Part shown: one piece after another, positions 38,701-50,700 of the stretch
Layout: every line of letters begins with the position of its first letter
Numbering within the stretch: position 1 is the stretch's first letter
Assembly: GCF_964355755.1 (NCBI RefSeq)
Contig: NC_092673.1
Span: forward strand, 4,402,001-4,466,000
Length of the DNA: 64,000 nucleotides
Source: Antedon mediterranea
Lineage: Eukaryota > Animalia > Echinodermata
Direction: 5' to 3'
The notes under the pieces: model-generated
The model's database searches: none
What the model was told of the DNA's origin: nothing
What the model saw: the letters and a program-made list of their open reading frames with translations, nothing else
Made by a program: the position numbers and the translations under genes

Positions 38701-41700
38701 AGTGACCCGATTACATAATTAAAATGGTACTACTGTAAAAGAAGCTTGTTTTTGATTACAGGTTTAATTCCAAGAAAAGAGTTGGCTAACGAGCCGGTTG
38801 AGTTTCCTAACAAGGTGTTCTACATCGGACAAGTTGTGAAATGTCGCGTGATTGAGACATTTGAACCAGCAATGAAACGCGTTATACTGTCCTTGCGAAG
38901 CAATTCTTTGACCAAACCAAAAAAGGAAAAGAAAGAAGAACCAAAAGTTGCAGTTGGAACTGTAATTACTGCTTTCATTTTATTAGTACCCAGACATTTT
39001 ATTAGTACCTAGGCATTTTATTAGTACCCAGACACTTTATTAGTACCCAGACATTTTATTAGTACCCAGGCATTTTATTAGTACCCAGGCATTTTATTAG
39101 TACCCAGGCATTTTATTAGTACCCAGGCATTTTATTAGTACCCAGGCATTTTATTAGTACCCAGACATTTTATTAATACCCAGACATTTTATTAGTACCC
39201 AGGCATTTTATTAGTACCCAGACATTTTATTAGTACCCAGACATTTTATTAGTACCCAGACATTTTATTAGTACCCAGGCATTTTATTAGTACCCAGACA
39301 TTTTATTAGTACCCAGGCATTTTATTAGTACCCAGGCATTTTATTAGTACCCAGACATTTTATTAGTACCCAGGCATTTTATTAGTACCCAGGCATTTTA
39401 TTAGTACCCAGACATTTTATTAGTACCCAGACATTTTATTAGTACCCAGACATTTTATTAGTACCCAGGCATTTTATTAGTACCCAGACATTTTATTAGT
39501 ACCCAGGCATTTTATTAGTACCCAGGCATTTTATTAGTACCCAGGCATTTTATTAGTACCCAGGCATTTTATTAGTACCCAGACATTTTATTAGTACCCA
39601 GACATTTTATTAGTACCCAGACATTTTATTAGTACCCAGACATTTTATTAGTACCCAGGCATTTTATTAGTACCCAGACATTTTATTAGTACCCAGACAT
39701 TTTATTAGTACCCAGGCATTTTATTAGTACCCAGGCATTTTATTAGTACCCAGGCATTTTATTAGTACCCAGGCATTTTATTAGTACCCAGACATTTTAT
39801 TAGTACCCAGGCATTTTATTAGTACCCAGGCATTTTATTAGTACCCAGACATTTTATTAGTACCCAGGCATTTTATTAGTAACCAGGCATTTTATTAGTA
39901 CCCAGACATTTTATTAGTACCCAGGCATTTTATTAGTACCCAGACATTTTATTAGTACCCAGGCATTTTATTAGTACCCAGGCATTTTATTAGTACCCAG
40001 GCATTTTATTAGTACCCAGACATTTTATTAGTACCCAGGCATTTTATTAGTACCCAGGCATTTTATTAGTACCCAGACATTTTATTAGTACCCAGACATT
40101 TTATTAGTACCCAGGCATTTTATTAGTACCCAGACATTTTATTAGTACCCAGACATTTTATTAGTACCCAGGCATTTTATTAGTACCCAGACATTTTATT
40201 AGTACCCAGACATTTTATTAGTACCCAGACACTATATTTCTTGTTTGGGGATAGTTAGTTTCTTTCCATCCCTTTTAGACATAGGCCATTTGTGGTTTCC
40301 GTAACAAGGTGAATTAACTAGTTTGATTATTTGATTAACAACGGATGCTGTAATGGAACAAAACACTAAGGTAACCCCCTCCTACAAATGCCAGGTTTGT
40401 ATACGGGACTACCAGTTTTAAGTCACCAGAACAATGGAGAAGTGGAGAAGAAGTGTCAGTTTACAGTACCCCGTCTAAAGCTCTGTCTACACAATCAAAC
40501 TTGATTGACAAAAAAGGCTTTATTCGCTCGATCACTTGACTCAACAGTGTGTTATATACCCCTTTCACACCAAAACTCCGGAGTGTCTCCGGAGACACCC
40601 CGGGGTTTATGACCATTCAAAACGTCGAGAAACTCCGGAGATACCCCTTTCACACCAACCTAGTAACACCGGGGTTTATAAAATAAAATTGTAAATGTCG
40701 CCCTCTATTTTGTTTGTTTACATAGCGACGATCATTAGAATCATTTTAATTAATAATATTTTAAATTTAATAATTACTTTCAAAAGTCTCAGAAGTAATA
40801 TAATGTTTTATTTATACTACTTATTATTTTCTAGACCCGCTATATATTTTTTACAAATATTATAGTGTTTTAAAATAAAACTAAATAAATAATTGATTGC
40901 GAGGATAACCTTTTGACCCGAAACACTCCGGAGTTTGATGTTGGTACCTTTCACACCAAAACACCGGGGTGTCCCCGCAGTTCGCTCTCCGGAGAATGTT
41001 CAGCTGTTCAACCCCGCAGTTTTAAACTCCGGACTTGCTTGATTTTACCTTTCACACCAAACAGCGGGACGTCAACTCTCGGAGTGTCTCCGGAGTTTTG
41101 CTTTTGGTGTGAAAGGGGTAATAGTTTACATGTTTGATGAATTGAATTCACATACTTTTGTCTTCAGATTATGAAGGTTACCGTTCTGTCAAGTAAGGCT
41201 GATGATTTGTACGTGAAGATGGAAAATGGGCAAGAGGCTATCATTCCCAAAATGCATCTTTCAGATTACACGTCTAATTGTGATATTTTGCTTGCTGCTG
41301 CTACAGCAGGAGATGAAATGCAAGCCATGATGTTTAACAACAAAGGACCAGCTAAGCAACAAGTATCCTTATCTGTGTACATCTATCCATTTGTTTGTAT
41401 TTAAAGATGTATTGTCTCCCAAAATCATAAAATAAAAGAATTCACTTATAAAAAGACACAATAAACAGTTAAATATTACTTCCAATCAATTTAAATTAAT
41501 TTTTTCAGGTACATATTTTTTATTCGATCCAATTTTTTGTCGAAGTGAATAATTTTTATGTAAATATAAAATGGCGTATTCACCAACAAAAAATATTTTT
41601 TGTAGGGGGACCATATATCTTTAAATAAATCCGTTTCCCATGCCTTTGTCATATATCAATATACTGTAAATGTATTCATCATATATAAAATACATCATTT

Positions 41701-44700
41701 ATTTGATCACATATTCACCCATTTACTCAAATCAACTTTATTTTATTCTTCCATCCATTCTTGTATACAGTCCTCATACATTTATACAGTATCAACCATG
41801 ATAATGCACATAATTATATTCTTGCAATTTGATTGGCTGATTTCCTATCATAAGGTGTTGATTATTTTGTTACATTCAACAGTAAAGTTTTATTGAATGG
41901 TTTCATTCACCTTACATTTGTTGTGCCATGCTGTATAGGTTGATAAATATAAAACTTGTTTCATTCATTGAATGGAACAGTTGATTTTTTTAACTCATGA
42001 AATTATTTCCCCATTTAATTAATAAACATTCTTTATATCTAATCATTAGCTCTATTGTTTTATAGAAAGTGTATATTTCAAATTGTCGATGTTTAAACTT
42101 TAATTCATAAACCACTAGATACTAACATGCAAACCATCTCTAATTGAAGTATCTAAAGCTGACAATATGCTAGGTGGCTTTAGTGATCTACAGTGTGGTA
42201 TGCAGATGGTAGGCTGCCTTCGTAATATCATGCCTTATGGTGTGTTTGTGGAGTTCCTCAACAATATCATAGGCCTGGCACCACTTAAGGTAATGTAATC
42301 ATGTTATCAATTTAAGTAGAATGATATTGGCGAGTTGTTTTTTAATTCAATTCAATTTGATTTCAAACTGTCCATATGAAACATATACATACAATTTTAT
42401 ACAATTTTATACATAAAATAACATTTTAAAGCAATATAATTTCATAGATTAATAATTATATTTGTAGGATGTTTCCGACAGCTTTGCATCCGATCCATCT
42501 ACTTTGTTTAAAGTCGGCCAGACGATATATGCGCATGTTAAAGAAGTCAACGGGGAGAAGAAGAGGTTTTTGTTATCCTTAAGACCTTCTGAGGTGTCTG
42601 TTGATGTCACGCCAATTGATATCGTAAAAGGTTTCTTTAAGGAACAAAGTAAAATATTTAAGGAATTAAAAAATCATGAAAGTAAGTGATACCTGTTTCT
42701 AATAATGTTTCTCCATAATTTGTAATTCCCATCCACACATTTAATTGTCGTGAGGTGGTTTCCCGAATGATCGTAAAATCAAAACGGTACTGGGTATGAC
42801 CAACTAGCGTTATTGTCACCGGCTAGTCATCCATTCATAGAAGTACTAATGTAGTAGCCTACCTGTACGGTGACCATAGAATGTGACCCGAGGCATGACT
42901 AACTACGACTTTTAGATGATAGAAAGTTGAGAAAATGTTACGAGTGGTTGTACGACATGAAGATGTTTATGAAATTATGTCAATAATGTTTACACACTAG
43001 GCATACAAATAGTAATGTTTGTTAGTAAAAATAATTTTGAGTTAATAAGAATAAGATATAAGGAAGAAAAGCAAAGAGACTATGGAGCGGCTATTCCTGA
43101 ATATACAATACTAAGTATCGTAGATTTAAATTATAAATTTTAGGCGATCTTGTCAAAGGTCAAGCGCCATATAGCCTGCCACGTTTGTAATTCCCATCCA
43201 CACATTTCATTCTATACGCATACGCACTTTATCGAACATAATTTTAAACCAAAGCTAATCATACATCATACAACGATAAGACATCAACCGATTCAGTTCA
43301 AAACCAGTTATTAAGGTAAACTTTTTAAATTTAAATTAATTTTTGTTTCTATCCACTCTACCATATTCATATAAAGATATTGTGGAACCACGTCAGGTCA
43401 AGTTCAATATTGAATATCGAAACGTGGCAGGCTGAAGGCGCTTGACCTTTGACAAGATCGCCTACATTTTTACTATATTAACTTTACAATACTTAATGTT
43501 GTATATTCTGGTACAGCCGCTCCATAATCTCTTTGCTTTTCTTCCTTATATCTATATTTTTAATTTATACTAACAAATATCTTTTTATTAATATAATAAT
43601 AATATATCAAACATTTATTAAATAATATTTATCGCATAATATGCAATCTACGATAATTGAATTAATTGATATAACAAATTTATTAAATACATAACATCAT
43701 TTGAATAAAAAGAACAAATCACATATCTACACATAATCATAACATCGTATACTCTGTCTCTAACAATTTATTCAATCTTCTATCGACTAAAGCCGAAGTA
43801 TAGTCGTTATCTCGGGACCGTTCTATGGCCACCACCAGGTAGGCTTACTTCATCAAAGCTTCTATGAATGGATGTACTGGTTGGGAGCAGAAAAACTAGT
43901 AGACCATACCCAGTACCATTTTGATTACGATCAATCGGGAAATTACCTCACGACGTTGATATTTTTGAAATCGTAGAAGAGAATCCGTCATGTCTTCACA
44001 TTTTATTCAATAAAGTATTTTGACTTTTTTTTCTAATTTGCAGAATTAAAATTTATTAAAAAAAAAATATCTGGAAACTTATTTTGATATTAAGGGGACA
44101 GCTTCAGAACCCAATGGAGTCGCCACTTAAAGGTTTCTGCAGATTAGGTGTTTGCCTTAAGCGTGGTTCCCACTAGCGATGCAACGCAAGGACGTAACGC
44201 AACGCAAATGAATTGACCAATCACAAGCGATGGCTTATTCGCTTTTGATTGCTGTCTGTCTATAACTTCGCTTGTCATTGGTTAAAACGCTTGCGTTGCG
44301 TTTACGTCCTTGCGTTACGTTCTAGTGGGAACCAAGCTTTACTGTTGTAATGGTATGTTAAAGTATCCCTTTAATAGGCATGTCCCTTGATAAGATGTGT
44401 TCTACTGGAGTTCTTTTTGACATCATGCTATAAACTATTGCTTTGTATTTTAGAGTACAAAACTATTTCGAAAATCAATGTGGGAGCGAGTGTTACTGCA
44501 ACTATCAAAGAAATTCAGAAAGGAGATTTTCTCTGCCAGCTTAAGAATGTTTCAGCGGTTGTCCGAAAGAACCATTGTCCATTCAAACATGACCATAAAC
44601 CGGGAGATAAGATCCAAGCGGTCATTCTTCATGTAGATTTCGTTAATGAAGTTGTTGAGCTCTCCATGAAAGAATATTTAGTGAACTTTGCAAAGGCATC

Positions 44701-47700
44701 AGAAAAGGAGAAATTGGTAAGATTTCGTTTAATTTACAGTTGCTATAATCAAGGCAATCTAACAGGTCAGGATGCTGAGCTTCGGAAATCAAAGGGTTTA
44801 TCTGTGGCTGCGACACGATCAGTTCCACTCCTCTTAACAGACACTGCGCCGTGGAGAATATGTACATAGTACAGTACTGTTGGTATTTGTCGCAGCCAGA
44901 CATAAGATCAAAGGACTGTTACGAGTTCCTATCTTGGCAAGGCGAGTTCAGTGTCCTGTTGTCAGATTGCCTTGATATAACTTTGCAAACAAATTTGATA
45001 AAGATTGCAAGTGAATACTAGGCCCCACTAGGAAATTTAAATAGAGACTTTTAAAGTTTCCTAGAGTAAAATAGGCTTTATTGTTATGTAAAAAATAGTA
45101 TTTCAATCCCCCTGGATAAAAATTTCAATTTTTAAATTACAAAATTTTTAATTTTTCTGTTAAGAAATATACTTGTTTATTATATTTTGTATTTATTAAT
45201 TAAATTTGACTTTTATTAATTTTATTGCCGTCCTTCAAAGCAATTTTTGTTCTGAAAACAAACTTTGTAACTCAACTCTACTCAGTTGTTTATATTAGCT
45301 AGTTATAAATATATCTAGATATTTACATAACCTTAAGCACCCTTTATTGAGGCATGTGTTGTGTTTAGCTAAGTTGTTGGTGTCCGGTTATAACTGAATT
45401 TTAGAAAACATAAAATGCAGGTACTGAAAAAAATATTAGTCCATTTTATACTTTGCATGACCTCAGCATGTCAATCATTTCATTCCCTCCTGGGGGAAAG
45501 GGTGTTGGGAGAGGGTAAGGAAAGGGAGAGGAGAGAGAGTTAGGAAAGAGGAGGGGAGGGAACAGGGAGAGGCAGGGAACAGGGAGAGGGAGGGAACAGG
45601 GAGAGGGGGGGGGAACAGGGAGAGGGGGAGAAGAGAGGGAAAGAGGGAGGGGAAAAGATGGAGTGGAACGGGAAAGAAAAGGGGAGGAGACAGGTCAAGA
45701 AAAGAGGAGGAAAGAGAGAGGTCAATAAAAGGGGAGGGGAGAGGGTAAGAAAAGATGGAGGGGAGAGGAGATGTGTCTGTGGCTTGTGGGAGTGTTTCCT
45801 TTGCTGAAGTCCAATATGCTTTTATAATTCATATTTCTTTCACATATTATTACTACAGTGGTGTATGTAAGGCATCATAATGATTTATTATAGCCTGTAA
45901 TGAATATTATGTTAGATCAGACAGTCAGGGTCACATTACTACTTGAAAGTCAGTTAACCACTAAACAAAGACATCAAGGGTATATATTTTCTCAGGATGT
46001 TTTAAATCTATTTGTAGGTTAACGTTGGGATTATGATTTTGGCCGTGGCCTGTTTTCACCTCAAACCGCATTTGTTTTTCGTTTAATAATTTTTTTTATA
46101 TACAAGTGAAAACATTCGTCTGGTTTTTTTTTAGCTTGTTGAATGTTATACTACATGTAACTTAAAAGTGTATATTTAAGCATGGAATGTGTATCCCCTT
46201 TTTATAGGTTTTGGTTATTAGTTTTAGCAAGGTATATTTCCTGTCATTTGTCAGTAGAATCGTGTCATGTTATTAAATCTGTCATTTAGAGATGGCCCAA
46301 ATAATGTGACACATAAGTCTGTTGAGCATAACTCGAATGCCCTATAAATAGTTTTTTTCTTAATAAAATTAATTTTAAATGATATTAAAGTTTTATAAAT
46401 AATTGAATAAAATATTCAGTTGTTCTAGATTTGTCCAATTTCCTCGATCTTGAAACAAATTTTTGCAAATTGGATATGACAGTGTTGGTATAAATAGCTT
46501 GCGGCAATGTTAGTGTAAACGTTAACAAGTTTTGGTAAACTGGTTGCGATCATAAACTAAACAAACCGCAAAGGTATACATGATAAATTCTCAAATGACA
46601 TTTCACCACAAAGTTCCACACTTAATCTTATATCATCTTGAAATTTAAAAGTTGGGGTTGTTTTCAAATATAAACTGTTCTTCAAGTTTCAGGATTTTTG
46701 TAATTAATTTAAAGCATTCATCTTTTTATTTTAATTTCAGTCAAAAAAAGAAGAACTAAGGGTCAAAGTTGAACTTGTAAAAGAATACTTTGTGCTTGCG
46801 TCTACAGAAGAGGGCGCTCTTTTGTATTTACCCACTAAGAAGGTAGAGTATGTCACTTCAATTAATAAACTCTGAACAATTTCTTCCAATTTAGTTTTTA
46901 TTTAAATCTAAAACATTTCTAAATAATAATCTGTCTATATACATTATTTACAAAGTTTAGTCTAAATGTAAAAACACAAAAACACTTTCTTGGTCTTAAG
47001 TTCTGTCTACTGTACTATCAAACTAGTTTGACAACAAAATGGGAACAAATATGGAAGTGATATGCTCAAATGTGGAAGTGATATGACATCATCATGTCTA
47101 TATATGGGCACATCACATTTTTTTGTCCCATAATGTTTGATAGTGTAGATAGAGCATACCAACCTGAACACATGGAGGTACCATACTGTACTAATACTGA
47201 AGACAAAATTTTTCCCTTAATTTATCTTCTATGTCAATAGTACTTTTCCCTTTATAGTAGTCACCCCTTAGACATGCACAAATGCCAAATTCATGTCAGA
47301 CATTTGTCAGATTTAACGCATTTTAATGATTTGTTGGGGAACACAAGATAGTAGTTGACCTATCTCATCAATCTTAGATTGAATGCTTTTAAAAGTTGCA
47401 GGCTTCTGTTTATAACATTCTGAATTGATATAAACATTCATAATGCTATGTAATATGTAAGTAGAAGAATAAGCCCTTCAAACGTGTGACCCTCCCACAT
47501 AATAAACATAATTATATTGGTATATTTTAATAAGAGCACAATGGTATTCTATCAATAAATGTAGCATTTTCATCAATGGAAGAGCATAGTTCAGTATCTA
47601 TCCCATTTAATACAGTAATGATATTGTATAGACTTCTTTTACCATATCGTAATTAGCATGAGCAATCCTTAATAAATAATAATCACACAAAATGTACTCT

Positions 47701-50700
47701 CTTGCAGCACTACAATGATGTCAAAAGTGGAGAAGATATCTTTAAAGTAGGCGAGTGCTTCAAAGCAAAGGTTTATGGGTAAGTAAGAACATATTTTATC
47801 AACTTTATGTATGACTTCATTTGTTACCTTTTTAATGCCAAAAAAGTAATTTCTAGCTATCTCGGTCGGTCGTTGTCGTATAAACAATTTATTTTAGACC
47901 CAAGTGATATAATTTAAAAATAGGATTGATAATTGGATGATAGAAAATGCTCAACAAGTGTTTCATATAAACATAAATATGTCACAGTTTAATGTAATTT
48001 TCTTGACATTTTGTTTATTGGTGACCACTTTTGTTTAATGATTTACCAGGCGTCATTCCAATTTTTGTTTTGCGCCAGAGGCAATTTGTAGGTTGGTGTT
48101 ACTACAGTAGTATTTTCCACCTGGCAAAACAACATTCCCCGAGTTTATTTATTCACTTGTACATGTGTTCAATACAGATGCAATAATTGATCATTGTAAA
48201 GTTATAGGTCGCAAGTGGGAATGTTAAACCATAATATTTATATCATTTCTCTCATAAATAATAGTTATACCCAGTACAGTACAGACAAATGGGTGTCTAA
48301 AATGCTGTGTTTCAAATGTTTCTAATACATTAGAACCTCTATTAAGGGGACACCTTTGAGACCAAATGTCCCCTTAATAGAGTTGTACAATGAATAATTG
48401 TTGCTTGTTGTTTGGAAACATATATCTCCAGCTGAAGTATTAAACATGCCCTTGTTTGCCTAAATAGAGGTGTACCCTGAAAAGGAATTGGCTGAAATGT
48501 TAAATTTAACAAGACAAAAAAAAAAAGAAGCATATCCCCCTTGTTCATTTTACAAAAAAGTGTCCCTTTAATAGAGGTTTTCCAAATGAAGACTTCTGTA
48601 TAAGCATGCTTAATCTAGTTGAGACTTCTCTTTTTAGTAGTACAATCATGATGAAGTAAAATGAATCATTACTTTTACTATCCATATGAGAATTCTTTAA
48701 AATTTGACAGAAGTCCGACATGCATTTCAGTTTCACACACATTGTTTTGTATTTCTTCATCCTGCCATAACTCTTCATTAACGTCGTCCAAAATAAACAC
48801 ATTTACTGGTTTGCGTAATTTTGAACGCACTTTTCTAACAAGGTATTTAAGAATAAACAGAACTGCCGTTATCGATAGAATAATTAAAAAAGGTATTACA
48901 ATAATCTTTCCAGGACTTTTTTTGCTCCTTGACGGAACAGTTGTGTCTATATTGTTTTTGTGTGTAGTTGTAGTGTTCTTCTTTGTGGCATCCTGTGGTA
49001 ACGTAGACATCTGCAATGTTTTGATAAGTTTTGCTTGGTGTTGAGTCATGCTTTTTGGCGAGTTTGTAGAAGAACGGAAAAGTTTTGATTCTGTTTTCTC
49101 AGATGTTTCCTTAGTCGTGCTTTTGATTGTCGTTAAGCTACTTTGTATCAAACTCGAGAATGATATATTTTTTATAGTTTTAGTATTTTGGGTCGTCAAT
49201 ATTTTATTTGGTTGGCTATTTTTATTTGTAGTTAATAGGTTTAATGTGGAACTGTCATGTGATGTTGTACCTAGCTCAGTAGTTTTAACAACTGACATTT
49301 CTGTTGTTTCTACCAAGTCCATAGTTTGATCTATATTTGTCAAGGTAAAAATAGTCTGACGAGGAGGAATTGAAGTAACATGAGTATCTTTAACAATTTC
49401 AGAAGTAATCATGGCATTCAAAGTTGTCCAGATTATGTCTGTTGTTATCGTACTTCCTAAATTTGATTCTTCCATTTTTACAGTTGTAAAGTCATTTTGT
49501 TTTTGAGGAATTACAAACACATTGAAAGACACATTACTGGTTCCCAAAGGATTAGTAGAAGAGCAAATGTATGTTCCATTATTTTCCTTGCCAGCTTCAA
49601 TAATTTCCATAAATGTGACATCATTTACATAATCATATTTTCCAAATAACGTCTTTCCAGTGGGACCTTGCCAAATAACCCTTGGAAATGGAATTCCTTT
49701 GACGTAGCAGTTTAGAGTCATACTACCTCCCTCAATAATGCTCAGGTGTTCAAAAGTCGTCCTCACAAGAGGTTGTATGCAGTTACTTGATAGATCTGCT
49801 ACATCTTTTTCCGCAAGACTTTCTTGCGATTGCTCTGAAGAACAATGAGAACTAACATATAAATTAGATGTATTCACCGTCGAATTTTCAAATTCTTTGA
49901 AATTACAATCACACACAAGATTGTTCAACTTTAAATCCAATCTACTGAGACTCGGAGTTAGTTCTATCAACGAGACAGGAAAAGTTTCAAAATTATTACT
50001 TTTTAAAACAAAATTTGTCAATTGAGGTAGACAGGTCGTTGTAGTTGGTAATATTAAATTTTCTATCAAGTTTTTAGATAAAAGTAAACTTTTGATAGAA
50101 TGTGGAAGAAGCGTAAGATCTACAGTTTTAAGCTGATTCATTGAAAGATCCAGATTTTCTAGAAATGGCATTCCTAGAAAAGAGTCAGAACTTAGAGTTC
50201 TGATGTGATTTATTGATAAATCAAGGTTGATGAGTTTTTCAAGATTTCTTGTTTGAAGTCCGTGTATATCGGTGATAGCATTTTTATACACTGAAAGAGA
50301 TATCAATCCTGATGGAAGTGCTCTTAAAAGCTCATTAAAGTTTGATATATTATTGAATTTTAGTTCAACATAAGAAAGATTGTTTGCGGACTTGAAACTA
50401 CCCTCTTCTATTGTTTGTACATTATTCCGACTTAAATCCAGGCTCCATAGTGAAGATAAACCACCAAATACGCCCACTTGAATTCTATTCAAAAAATTGT
50501 CTTTTAATGATATTATTCGTAAATCCGGGAGATTATGAAAACAACCTTGTTCTAAGGAATCTATGTCAATCATATCCATATGTAGTAAAGTTAAAGGTAA
50601 ATATTGATCGAAATACTCCATTCTGCTTTCCTTTAATGGATTCTGACTTAAAAACAATGAGGTTAAACGCTGTAAGCCGTAAAATATTCCTTTCGAGAGA

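Noticed and set aside
45540-45725. Pro/Ser-rich ORF
   Set aside because: It is the antisense reading of the polypurine tract.
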